64,000 bases of DNA from Azolla caroliniana (taxonomy: Eukaryota; Plantae; Polypodiophyta). The notes under the pieces are model-generated. The model was given only the letters and a program-made list of their open reading frames with translations, was not told the origin of the DNA and did no database searches. The stretch lies in NCBI GenBank assembly GCA_043228905.1, contig JBHGNT010000062.1, positions 1-64,000 of the forward strand, in the 5' to 3' direction. Of this stretch, positions 26,299 to 39,300 are shown piece by piece (position 1 is the stretch's first letter; every line of letters begins with the position of its first letter). Both the position numbers and the translations under genes were made by a program.

Positions 26299-26604
26299 AC
26301 AGGTGATATATTATATGAAGAGTAAGTACAACAATAGCTAGGAGGCTTAAGAATGGCGTTGAACCGAATTGGTTCAAAATAATGCCTTGTGCCTTTTTTT
26401 ATAGTGCTATCAAGAGCACTCCTGAAGTTTCTAGAATGTTCTAGAGAAATCTAGAATATACATCAATTTTCTATAGTGAAATAATAAATGAAAAACAATA
26501 TTCGTTGGATTACAATGTATAGCTTAATGGTAGTGTTATAACCCATGTGACACTAGGTCATGGGTTCAAATGCTTTTAATGCCATACCATGCTATGTCAT
26601 GACA
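26160..26604 (-). mobile_element. Inverted near-complete LTR of the self-priming gypsy family
   Basis: Reverse complement matches the LTR at 35417-35847 and the split LTR at 14237/24574. Terminus TGTCATGACA at 26604. About 9 nt missing at the other end. Confidence 0.85.
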
Positions 26605-26622
26605 GGCACTATGCAAGAATGA

Positions 26623-29600
26623 TGTCATGGAGAAAACCGTCCCTAGGCAGAATCAGAGAATGATGTGCGCGAACCGGCCCTTACACGCGGGCACAAGTTT
26701 TGTTGTAATGTACATATTTAGGTACAAGTCGGCTGATGTGAATATCCTAGGTCGCACGGAGTTGATAGGTAAGAAATCGAGGCATATCTCTGTCCGAAAG
26801 GATAGAGAATAAAGATGATGTAACAAGTTGTAATGGCCTCCCTCCTTGGGCTATTAAAGAGAGGGAGAGGAATCGTAAAAGGGATCGCTTTTCTGGAGGA
26901 TGAAGTGCTGTCAGACCGGGACCGAGCTCTTCTCCTCTGTCTTTCTCTGTATTTGCTCTGTGCAGGTTTTTGGGAGGCTGACTCTGCTCCGCGGAATGCC
27001 CGAGTGCTTCCGGCAGAGTCTCCATCTTGCTCTTCTGTGTGCGTGTGCGTAGGCGTAGGAGATTTGTCGCTCACCAGCCTGCCGGTTGTAACCCCTTTTT
27101 CATCAGAATATATATATACATATACGCATTCGTCTCATTTCCGTTGTTTTATTCGGTTGCGGTTTCTGTGTATCTGTGTGTGTGTGTGTGGAAGCATGGT
27201 CGTTGTCTTTCTTGCTCCTACTCCTTATCGGTTATTCCTTGGTCCAAGACCCCCTTGGTCACGCCTCGTTCTATATGCATGCGCGTAATAACACAACATA
27301 TTTGGTGAACAAGCGGTAGAGGAATAGAAAAGATGAAGGGAACGGAGCTTGCAGAAGCCATGGCTTCAGTTGTAGATCAATTAGTGAGTGCGCGTGAAGG
27401 CACAAGCGCCCTCGATAACGCTATTGAAGCAATCGTCGGCACCATAGACCGATTCGGTGGGAAGAATGCCACGAGCTATTTGGAGGCCTATTGGGCCGAA
27501 TTGATCATAAGGGACATCCCGGAGGACAAGCGACTGTCCAGATTCCCTCGAGTGGTGACGTCGAGCATCCACACGGAGGTGCTCGAGGTGCTGGCCGGAT
27601 GCCCGGCTTGGGTGGAGCTCGAGTGGTGGCTCCTCGACAAGTACGGGTACGATGATTTGCTTCGGCTGTCGAAGCGGGACTTCATGGCTTGGGTTGAGAG
27701 CCCAGGAAAGGGGAGGAACGTGTCAGTGATACTCTAGGAATTCGAACAACGATTCTCTAGGCTATCGGCGCTGGATTGGACCGTGCTCGACACGAGCATG
27801 GTCTTGTTGTTCGTCAAGTCGGTGCACGCGCTGGATCGGGAGAAGGTGGCTCTCCTATTGGAGACGGATGACGGCCTCACGGCCGACTGGGCCGTGGTCA
27901 AAGGGGTTTGCGCCCACTTTGACAAGCGGCGCAAGTGGAGCCATGAGGGCTCGATGGCGTCAGGGCCGGTCCCGACGAGGAAGCTAGCGGAGCCGGTATC
28001 GGTGCCGGCTGGAAAGGAAGAAACTCGGAATTGGCTCGAGACGGGCCCAGCCTCGAGTGGAGTGGTTCAAGGCTCTTCCGAAGGAGTGGCTCTGGAAGAA
28101 CTGACGCAAATGGTGCGCAACCTCCAGATCACACAAGCACGGAGGGCGATCAACCTCATGACCGAAGGTTGTTGATGGGGCAGCGATTCATGTGGTGTGA
28201 CGCGGTCGGTCACATCGGGAAAGAATGCGCGGATTTCGGAGAGGCACTCCGGGCCATGGTGGTGTACCTTTGGAATCGGCGGGTGCATGTCAGTGACACG
28301 CGGAAAGCCCTAGAGTTGAATACCGGGCACGGTGGGATAAAACGGCTCATGGAGGAAGCGGCGGCCTGCCATGCGGAGACCGGGGGGGCTGGTCCCTCAC
28401 AATGGTATGACACGCGGTTTGGAGCAAAGCAGAATGATGCCGGCAACACCGAGGTGCCGGATAAGACGAAATGAGCCAGTTATCAGTTGAGCACGGAGAT
28501 TGAGAGGTCAACGGACCTGCGGAAGGTCCTGGAGGAACGAATCCTCGACAGCAAAATGGAGTTATCGTTGAGGGAAGTGCTCGGTATCGCCAAGAAGGAG
28601 TTCCACGACTCCATCGTAGACTTGGTGAAGCGGAAAAGGCTTTCGACGGAGTCAGAGCCGGAGAAGCCGGTGGAGGTGCAAACGACGCACCTAGAAGACA
28701 TGGCCCTGGAAGACAAGTTGGCGGAAAGCCACTACTCGAAGCTACATTGGGCTAGGGCCACTACGGAAACCCCTGTTCGGATCGGGCACGTCTAGGAGCC
28801 GGTGGTGGCATTGGTAGACCATGGTTCGGAGATCAACTTGATGTCCACGGACTTCTACAAGAAGGAAAAGTGGCCGATGAACACCAAGCACAGGTGGAAG
28901 ATACTGGCAGCAACGCGCGCCACGGAGGAGCTACATGGAGCCTGCCCGAATGTCCGAGTGAAAATCGGCGATGTCGAGATCAATCAACACTTCTTCGTGC
29001 AGGAGATGTCCTCGCATCTGGTGATACTCAGAGAACCGTACATCACGGTGGTGTGCATGGAGACAAAGGTGATGGACAATGGTTTGGCGTATGCCCGAGT
29101 CAAAAGCCAGGATGGGCATCACTCCGTTCAGTTTCTGACAGTACGACCGAACCACGAGCGTAACTGCGAGACCCTCGACAGCAAAAGCCGAGGGGATTTT
29201 TAGAGAGGGCTAGCAAGGTGTGGGGACTCTCGGAAAACCCCACACATGTACAATAGGCAGAAGAACCTGTAACATAGGTAGGAAGTTTTGGTTTTCCGAC
29301 AACGGAGGTTGTACAATAGTCCTCGCCCCCGAAGAGGAACTCAACGGAGCCGTGGAGGCGGTCTCTCTTGACGACACCTTGAGGAAGTTATGGAAGATGT
29401 TCGGAGAGTGCCTTAGTGAAGACCAGACGATTCCAGTATGTTCGGAAAAGCTATACGAAGTCATCGTCGGCTTCGGTAGAGGTCTCGAGTTGGATCGGAC
29501 AGCCCGAGTGGATGGGAAGTACAAGACTGTGGACCGGAAGGTGAGGCCAGTCGCAACACCCTTGCCGGAGGGCAGCGAGTTACAGATGAAGGGGGTCGCG

Positions 29601-29916
29601 TTAGACCCAAGTTTACGAGATCCGGCTGGCATAGGACACCGATTATCCGACATAACGCTACGGAAGCTCAAGGTCGGGGGAGGGGGGGGGGGGGGTGGCT
29701 TTCTACTGACGGCGGAGGAGAACCGGTTTCGGAGAATGCTCGGGAGGCACGAAAAGGCCTTGGCATTCTTGCCGGAGGAGATCGGGTGCATAGACACGAC
29801 GCTTGTGGAACCAATGGTGATCTTTATGGTATCGCATGTACCGTGGAATCTCAAACCGATTCCAGTACCCAGAACTCACATCCCGAAGCTGATGGAGTTG
29901 CTGATGAAGTTGCTCA
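26623..29916 (+). mobile_element. Ty3/gypsy family G1 copy: 5' LTR, gag-pro and start of pol; 3' part missing
   Basis: LTR 26623-27298. Partial PBS TGGTGAAC at 27303. gag from 27333. LVDHGSEINLM. GGGGATTTTTAG ending at 29203. pol to PKLMELL. Confidence 0.92.
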
Positions 29917-32900
29917 TGTAAAAACAAATAGCGTGTGGAAGCAATAAAAAACAGAAGACAGAGAATAGGTTTAATGGAGAGCTTAACAGTACACGGGAGA
30001 GACAGAGAGAGCAGAACAAGAATCTCTATTCAAAAATTATATCAACACTCTGTACATCGTATGTGTTCAGGGAACACTTTTATACAGGTTCATACGGACT
30101 GATAGAAGTACGGTGTACTTCAATGCTCACTCGAGCATCTGACACTAACTACGAGAGTAATAACTCCCTAGTAGTCTAGCTGCTACTAGGCTTCCGGTTA
30201 CTGATGGATTCAGCTAACCGACTCCCCAACTCACCGGCTCTTTTGCTCACCGGGTGCTCACCGACTCACCGATCCGTCTCGCTCATCGGCTCAGGTTTAT
30301 TCAGCCGATCCGGCTCCAATTGAGCTTGCCGTTCAACACTCCCCCTCAAGCTCAACTTGAGGTCTGGTCGTAGTGTCAACGTTTGTGGCAACCGGTCCTT
30401 CTGCCCGGCTCCTTCTGACGTCACTCCGCCTTGCTCGCGCTCCTCGTCCGGTCCGGTTCTATTTGCCGCGACCCCTCTTGTTCTACGCAACTCGACCTCC
30501 TCGTTCGGCTTGTTTGCTCAACAGGCCTAATTCAGCTCCCTCGCTGTAGTGACTTCGGCGCGTGCCAATTCACCAATTCCTTTGTGTTGGCGTTGACTTT
30601 CGTTGCCTTCTCGTCCTCTTGGCCTTGAATTGATCCGGTTCTTCCAAATCTGTCTGTTGAACCGAATCGACTGTCTCCGATTCGTTCCAGCTCTTGTCCG
30701 AATCAGTTGCTCCCGATTCGTCTTCTGGTTCTAGGCCATTCACCACATCGGACCATGTCCGGGTCTTGGCCTTCTTCTTCCAGTCGGCTCTATCCTTCTT
30801 GACTCTGCCGCCGCTGCCGCTTGTTCTGACTTGTTCAGATGTGTCGACTTCCTTTGTCGACTCGGCTCCTTTCTTCTTCTTGACTCTCCCTTCATCGGCT
30901 CTTCCCTCACTGGCGCAATCAACAGTCTCTTTGCCTTTGCCTGTTCCAGTGTCTTTGCCCGTTCTCCCCTTCAAGTGTGGCATGTCGAGATGCTGAACAC
31001 CAAGCATTTCGGTGAAGTGCTGCAACTTGTCCGATCCGAGTGGTTTGGTGAAGTTGTCGGCAACTTGCCGATTCGTGTGAACATACCGAAGTTCGATCTC
31101 ACCGCTCAAGACACGCTCACGCACGAAGTGATAGTGCACTTCTATGTGCTTTGTGCGAGCATGGAATACGAGGTTCTTGGCGAGCTGCATGCTACTTATT
31201 TTGTCGCAGTAGATCAGAATCGGGGTCGGTACCTTGATCCATAGGTCTTGCAGCAGTTGCCGAAGCCAAATGGCTTCATAGGTGGCAATGGTAGCGCCCC
31301 GATACTCAGTCTCAGTGCTCGACAAAGCAACTATTGGTTGGTTTTTGCTGCTCCACGCAACAGTCGCGCTACCTAGGGAAAACATGTAACCGGGAGGTTG
31401 ATCGGCGATCTGATGCATCGCCAACCCAATCGACATCTGTGTAACCGACCAGCCCTTCGGTTATACCGTGCCGGTATAACAGTCCCCGGTCCTTCGTGCC
31501 GCTCACATACTGCAGTATTCTGTGCGCGCACTAAAGATGCTCTATGGTCAGCTTTTGTATGAATTGGCTAATCACACCGACCAGAGAGTTGATGTCGGGT
31601 TGGGTGATGGTCAAATATATAAGGCTTCCGACAATTTGTCGGAACCGTTTCTCATCGCAGGCCGGTCCGGAGTCGGGACGGAGCTTCTGTTTCCTGTCTA
31701 GGGGAGTAGAGATAGGTCAGCATTCCGTCATGCCGAACTTGTACAACATATTCAACACATAGTTCCTTTGTGAGAGCAATATGCCGTCGGGGCTTCGGAT
31801 CACCTCGATCCCAAGAAAATAATGAAGGTCCCCCAGGTCCTTCATCTCAAACACATCCGACAACTGGGACTTGACTCAATTGATTTCATCGAGTCTGGGT
31901 CCAGTGATGACTAGATAATCAACATACAACAAGATGCAAACTGGACCGTCCGGACCTTGCCGAATGAACAACGAAGAGTCGGACTTGGAGGCCACGAACC
32001 CCATCTTACGCAACCGGTGCGTGATCTTAGCATTCCAAGCTCGAGGGGATTGCTTCAGGCCATAAAGTGACTTCTTCAACCGGCATACCACCGACTTGTT
32101 CATCTCCGTCTGGAAACCGGGGGGTTGTACCATAAAGACCTCTTCTTCAAGATCTCCTTGAAGAAATGCATTCTTCACATCCATCTGGTGAAGAAGCCAT
32201 CCCCTTTCCGCGGCAACCATCAACACCACACGAACCGTCGTCATCTTCGCTACCGCAGCGAAGGTGTTGTCGTAGTTGATTCTATGGGTCTGTGCGTATC
32301 CCTTGTACCGGTTAACTGAACCGTCGGCATTGTACTTTACCTTGTACATGCACTTGCATCTGATCGGTTTACTATGATGGGGAGGGTCAACCAGGTCCCA
32401 TGTATCATTGGCATCAAGTGCCCGCATCTCTTCTTCCATAGCGGCATGCCAATGTGCGTCCTTTGCCGCTTTTGCGTAGCTCTCCGGCTCATGCATTTCC
32501 GCCACCTTGGTCATGTACGCATAGTGATGCGCCATGTACTTATTGTACCCGTACCTCTTAACAGGTTCCTTCTGGAGGGTTCACCGGCATAACCCACCGT
32601 TACCCGGTTTGAGGCCCTTCTTGGCCGGTTCAGTCTTCGGTGCTGAAGAACCGTCATGTTCCTTTCCGGAATCGGATCTGCTCTAATCCGACTCATCATT
32701 ACCAGTTTCATAATCCGGCATCTTCTTCTTCCCCTTCTCTTTGCGCGTGAACCGTCTACTCGGTTGCTTGCGCAGGGAGAGCACGACAGAGTCTTCATTA
32801 TTCGCTGGTTCCTCATCTGACTGGTCAGATTGACCCAGTCTCTCGTTCGGCCCACTCAACCGAAACGATTCCAGACTCTCCTCTTGAGTCCCGGATTCAT

Positions 32901-34050
32901 CATCGTCTATCTGGACCGATTGAGGCTCACTAGCCTCATCCTCCGGTAACCAGTTGCGGTCAGAAGTCAGACCTGGTAAGGCATACCATGATGCCGTCTC
33001 ATCAAACTCAACATCGCGGCTAACTCGGACCTGCTTCGTCCGGGGGTTATAACACTTATACCCCTTTTGCTCATGTGAGTAGCTGACGAGGATGCACTTC
33101 TTTGATTTTGCATCCAGCTTCCTCCGCTTCTCATCCGACACATGCACATATGCTATGCTGCCGAAAATCCGAAGGTGTCTCAAATTTGGCTTGCGCCCGA
33201 AATACAGCTCATGTGCGGACACCTTGTCACCGATCCGGTTTTGGATGTAGACGACCGTTTGGACCGCCTCTACCTAGTCGAAATGGGGCATGCTCTTCTC
33301 CTCCAACATTACCCTGGCCGCGTCGACAAGCGACCGGTTCTTCCTTTCGGCCACACCGTTTTGCTCCGGTGTGTATCTGCAACTGAACTCTCTCCAAATT
33401 CCTGTTTGCTGCAGATAACTGTTGAATTGGCCGGAAAAATATTCTTTTCCGCCATATGACAACAGGCACTTGATCTTCCTCTCCGATTCCCATTCCACCA
33501 TGCTCTGGAGGTTCCTAAAACAATCGAAGACTTCGCTCTTCCACTCAATGAGGTAGATCCATGTGTGTCAGCTATAGTCGTCGATGAAGGAGATGAAGTA
33601 TCGACTCCCGCCAAGACTCACGTTCTGTGCTGGTCCCCATACATCCGAATGAATAAGGTCGAGCTTGTTACGACTTCAGTTTTGTTCGACGAGGAATGGA
33701 AGCCGGTGTTGCTTCCCGAGTTGGCAGGCTTCACATACTTGGGCCTTCCGGCCACTGAACTTCGGCAAACTGAAAACAACTTGTTTCGTTTGCAAGTCTT
33801 GAAGCCGCCGGTAATTGATGTGGCCGATCCGCTTGTGCCACAGGTCAATGTCCGATTCGACCTTCTGTACTTTGGCGAACAAAATGGTGCCGATGTCATT
33901 GGTGTCGAGGATGAACATCCTTCCATCTCTGTGCCCTTGCACGATAATCTGGCCCTCCTCCTCGATGAAGCACCCGAGGTGCGTAAACCGCACCTACATT
34001 CCCTGGTCGACGATCTGTCCGACCGACACCAAGTTCTTCGTGATATTCGG
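29917..34050 (-). mobile_element. Copia D, 5'-truncated (IN, RT, RH, extended 3' region, 3' LTR)
   Basis: LTR 29917-30338. PPT complement CTCCCCCTCAAG at 30339. WHKRIGHIN, YTPEQNGVAERKNR, QMDVKNAFLQG, LYGLKQSPRAW, HARTKHIEVHYHFVRE. Confidence 0.92.
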
Positions 34051-34429
34051 TATTAGAGATCTAGGTACTAAAGTAAGCTTAAGATAAGGATAAACTAATG
34101 ATAGATAGAAAGGAGAAGGAGAAAGAAGGGTGTCGATCCACCCGACCACCCCCGAGCAAAGGGATCGAGACGGACTCGAGCCTCGATCGGCGTCCCATAC
34201 CACCGTTGTGGCGTCGAGTTGTACCTGGTGCTGGCGCGCTCGCTACAAGAGTTGACCCACCACAAGAGCAGAGTCTCGATGTAGTCAAAAAGATGATCAA
34301 ATGAGGGTAGCTAGGCCTCTTATTTATAGCAATACCCAAGGTCCCCAGGCAAGTTCACACTTGACCTAATGGGTTGTTTCAATCCCGAGGATTAAAAGTA
34401 ATCCTCCCCTTCTTTACACTCTCGTTTAA
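34051..34429 (-). mobile_element. Truncated LTR of chromovirus family E
   Basis: Closely matches 36329-36706. Confidence 0.9.
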
Positions 34430-35416
34430 GCATCTGGCTACTGATTCGAGCCGAGAATATACTCGGCTCAATCGATTAGAAGTTGATTTGATCGAAATCA
34501 AATCCAACTCGACGGAAGAAGTCGAAGAACAAGCGATTGTGCCGAACAGAGGTAGAAGATATCCCTTGAGAGAGAGAAGGCCCCCCTGAAGATTTCTGGA
34601 TAAGGAGTATGTGTTACTAACCGATAAGGAGGAGACGGAAAGCTTTGAGGAATCGATGAGAGACACCCACAACTGAATGTGGTTATGTACCATGCAAGAT
34701 GAGATGGAGTTCCTGCATGAGAACCATACATACGAATTGACCGAGTTGCCGAAAGGGAAGAGGGCACTCCAGAATAAGTGGATATACAAGTTGAAACCGG
34801 AAGATGGCCGAAATCCACTCAGATACAAAGCCCAAATCGTCATTAAAGGCTTTCGGTAGAAATATTTGCTTTGATGGTGAAGATGACATCTATTCGAACA
34901 GTGCTGAGCATAGCCGCCAACGAACAATTGGATGTGAAGTCTGCGTTCTTGCACGACGATCTCGAAGAGGAGATCTACATCCAGCAACTAGAAGGATTTG
35001 AGGAAAAAGGGAAAGAAAACTTGGTATGCTGATTGAGGAAGAGCTTATATGGGCTAAAGCAAGCACCTGACAATGGTACCGAAAATTCGAATCCTTCATG
35101 ACTCACAACAAGTACCACAAGACACAAGCCGACCACTATGTATTCGTGAAGAAGTTTGATTGAAGAGAATTCCTCATTTTCCTGCTATATGTGGACAACA
35201 TCATGATAGGCGGACAGGACCATACCAAGATCTGAGCGCTGAAGAAGGCCTTGAGTAGGTCATTCGTGACGAAAGATATGGGTGCGACAAAGCAAATCCT
35301 AAGGATGCACATTTTCGGGAACCGGACAAAGAAATTGTTATGGCTAGCACAAGAATAGTACATGACAAAGGTGCCCCAGAGATTCGGCATGGAAAGCACG
35401 AAACCAATCTACTCGA
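34430..35416 (+). pseudogene. Internal fragment of a Tork-like copia (IN-RT linker and RT), B/C family
   Basis: RRYPLRERRPP, MQDEMEFLHENHTYELTELPKGKRALQNKW, SLYGLKQAP. Many stops. Confidence 0.88.
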
Positions 35417-36328
35417 TGTCATGATATGGCAAGACCAGAACCCATGACCTTATGCTACATGGGTCGAGCTCTTGACCATTAGACCATACCTTCTAATATG
35501 TAGAATATTATTTTCATTTATGTTTTATTATAGAAAATTGATGTATATTCGATATTTCTCTGGAACATTCTAGAAACGTCAGGAGTATTCCTCAGAACAC
35601 TATAAAAGGAGGCACAAGGCATTATTTCGAACCAAATCGGTTCAATGCCAGTCTTAAGCCTGCTAGCTACTACTGTACCTTCTCTTCACAATATATATAT
35701 CTTTTCTTATCATCACTCTCTCTCTCTCTCTCTCTCTCTCCCTCCCTCTCACTCACTCTTTCCTTCTCTCGAGAGTTCTTCACCTCTCTTAGTACTAATA
35801 CTTCTTTTAGTACTAATTCCTTCTCTGTCTTAGTACTGTTCCTGACAGTTTGAACCGATTTTCCTCGTTCTTCCTTCCGTATCTTTCTTTCATCCTCTTC
35901 CTTTTATCTTCTTATTAATCCTCTTATCCTCCCTAGTAAAATGGAAATTGTTGGCACTCAGGAATACCAATCTATTTTCTCGGAGCTCCAGTGCGTAAAA
36001 GAGAAATTTGTAGCACTAGAACAAGAAAATCATCGTTTGTTGGGGGATCTTCAACAAATAGCGCTAGAAAAACAACAACAACATGGGGAGCTGACGTTAC
36101 CACAACTCAAAGCGACTATTGTATCATTACAACAACAAGGATCAAGCACTCAAGCGATTCACAAAGAACCCAAGATCGGTCTTCCTGCAAAATTTGATGG
36201 GACCCGATCACAGTTTAGAGGGTTTTTGAATCAGGTACGTTTAGTGATACAAATGCATCCTTCTCGATATCCCACCGATGCATCACGAGTGGGACTAGTA
36301 GGCACTCTCCTTAGTGGCTCAACGTTAG
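35417..36328 (+). mobile_element. Self-priming Ty3/gypsy copy 2: complete 5' LTR (35417-35847), PBS and gag N-terminus, cut by element E
   Basis: TGTCA..TGACA termini. TATAAAA at 35601. PBS TTGAACCGATTT at 35850-35861. gag from 35941 (EPKIGLPAKFDGTRSQFRGFLNQV). Confidence 0.9.
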
Positions 36329-39300
36329 TATTAGAGATCTAGGTACTAAAGTAAGCTTAAGATAAGGATAAACTAATGATAGATAGAAAGGAGAAAGAGA
36401 AAGAAGGGTGCCGATCCACCCGACCACCCCCGAGCGAAGGGATCGAGACGGACTCGAGCCTCGATCGGCGTCCCATACCATCGTCATGGCATCGAGTCGT
36501 ACCTGGTCCTGGCGCGCTCACTACAAGAGTTGACCCATCACAAGAGCAGAGTCTCGATGTAGTCAAAAGATGATGAAATGAGGGTAGCTAGGCCTCTTAT
36601 TTATAGCGATACCCAAGGCCCCTAGGCAAGTTCACACTTGACCTAATGGGTTGTCTCAATCCCGAGGATTAAAAGTAATCCTCCCCTTCTTTACACTCTC
36701 GTTTAACCCTCACACTTATCCACGTGTATAGAGTACTACGATAAATTCTCACCACGGGATATTATATGGTCATGCCCGTAACATACTCCCCCTCTTTAAA
36801 ACATTGCACTCTTGCAATGGAAAGTTAGGGAAGTTAGTTCTGAGAGTATTTTCACGTTCCCAGGTGGCATCTTTGATTGATTTATCCATCCATTAAATTA
36901 TTTTAAATTCTCGGATTTCTTTAGTATGTAACGTTTTTGTTTTAACATCGAGAATTCTTTCTGGTACATGTGGTTTAGAAGATACATCTTCAAAAGTAAC
37001 CAGAGTTTCAATTGTAACTGTATTATCACCAGAACCTAGAAGTTCTTTTAGACGACTCACATGAAAAACTGGATGAATTCCAACACCATCAGGAAGAGCG
37101 AGACGATAGGTTGATGACCCAATGTGTTTGAGGACTATAAAAGGTCCACAAAACCGTGGGGCTAACTTAGCGCACTTACCCGTAGACAATGTCTTAGAAT
37201 TGTGAGGTACACGTAAAAATACCTTCTGTCCAGTGTTGAATACACGAGGTTGCCTATGATGGTCGGCATAAAAACGCGCTCTATCTTGAGCTGTTTTTAT
37301 ATTATCTCGTGCAATATGCAACATATCTTGCATATCTCGAAGAAAGTTTTGCGTACTTCGCAACTCATCATGATGTATATTAACATCAATTGGGGCTCGT
37401 GGCTGAAAACCATACATCAACATAAAAGGACTATATCCCGTCGATGTATGCTTGGAGCTGTTATAAGCAAACTCCAAAATTGGGAGATAACATTCCCATT
37501 TTTTTGGTTTTGCACCAACGTATGCTCGAAGCATGTCCTCAATAATTTGATTTACTCGTTCTGTTTGTCCATCGGATTGAGGATGATCCGTGGAGCTCAT
37601 GCTCAACGTAGTTTCTAACTTCTTAAAGACTTGCGTCAAAAAGTCACTAGTAAATTTTGGATCTCGATCACTCACGATATCAATCGTTAAGCCATAAAAA
37701 CGAAATAATTCGTCAACGAATTGGTAAGCTAATTCAGGAGCTGTTACCGTGGTTTTAGTAGCAATAAATCTGGCCATTTTAGTTAGTCGATCAACGACAA
37801 CCCAAATGGCATCATGACCTTTTTGGGTGCGAGGAAGGCTAACAATAAAATCCATGGATATACTTTCCCACTTATTATTGGGAATGTCCAAGGGATGTAA
37901 AAGTCCTGCGGCTTTAAGTCGCTCGGCTTTGTTAACCTGACACTAGTGACATTTAGTCACATAGTTATGTATGTCAGGACGCATCTTAGGCCAATAAAAT
38001 TGAGTGGAGATGAGAACGAGTGTACGATGTATTCCAGGGTGCCCTACTGAGGGTGCATCATGGCATTAAAAAAGAATCCTCTTTTTGACCTCAGGTAAAT
38101 CTGGAACACAAACCTTCCCATTACGATAGAGCAAACCGTTAGCAATGTGGAAGTATTCATTCGAGGATGTGGTGGTGTCTGTTCCAGACTCAACTCTTGC
38201 CCAGTATTTTCCAAAATAACTGTCGTCAGGATACTTTCCTCAAAGGTGATCATAAAGATCTAATGTTATTTCAGTGAAGCTAAGCATGTTAACTTCACGG
38301 ATGTGACTTAGTGCATCAGCGACAGTGTTCATAGAACCTTTACGATATCGTATGGAAAAATCAAAGTCTTGGATGAGATCAGCCCATCGTGCCTTACGAC
38401 CTTTCAGGTCTTGTTGGTCACAAAAATATTTCAAGGACTCGTGGTCTGTAGTTACCAGAAAGCGATTTCCATAAAGATAATGGCGCCATGTTTTGAGCGC
38501 ATGTATAACTGCAAATAATTCCTTTTCTTGAACGGTATACCAACATTGAGCAGAATCAAGTTTCTTACTCTCGAATGCTATTGGTTTACCATCTTGATAT
38601 AAGAGAACACCTATAGCATAATCGCTTGCATCGGTTTCAACCTCAAAAGGTTTTGAAGTATCAGGTAAAAGAAGTGAAGGAGCCTTGCAAACCAGGTCCT
38701 TGAGTTCCTTGAAGGCAAGGTCTAGTGTAGCATTCCACACAATAGGTTTTGTAGACTTACACGTTTGACCTTTTAAAAGATCAGTAAACGGCGTCGTCAA
38801 TTGGGAGTAATTACGAAGAGACTTTCGCAAAAACCCGACAAAACCAAGGAATGATCTAACTTCTCGAATATTCCGAAGAGTGGGCCAAAGCTTGATTTTC
38901 TCAATGCGAGAAGGATCAATTTCAACTCCCCGTTCGGTTATGAGATGTCCTAGATAAGTAATTGATTTCTTGAAGAACTCACATTTTGAGATATTCGCAT
39001 AAAACTATTTGTCACGCAATGTTTGTAAAACAAAGCGGACATGTCTAGCATGTTCTTGTAATGTACGGCTATAAACTAAAATATCATCCAAGAAAATAAC
39101 GATAAATTTTCTAAGTTGTTCTCGGAAAATGTCATTCATTTCTTGTTGAAATGTAGCCAGAGCATTGGTCAAATCAAAAGGCATAACCAAAAACTCATAA
39201 TGGCCATAGCGCGTACGAAATGTCGTTTTAGGAACATCGTCCTCACTTATTCGTATTTGATGGTAGCCAGTATGGAGATCAAGTTTCGTAAAATACCGAG

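Noticed and set aside
26515-26590. Functional tRNA gene
   Set aside because: A/B-box-like motifs are present but I cannot form an acceptor stem or clear anticodon arm. Reported only as a tRNA-like LTR module.
29890-29916. Imperfect 12-bp tandem duplication at the G1/Copia D junction as a TSD
   Set aside because: Both copies are on the same side of Copia D and its other end is missing. More likely repair filler.
30570-30960. env-like gene in Copia D
   Set aside because: In frame with pol, highly charged, with no signal peptide or transmembrane segment.
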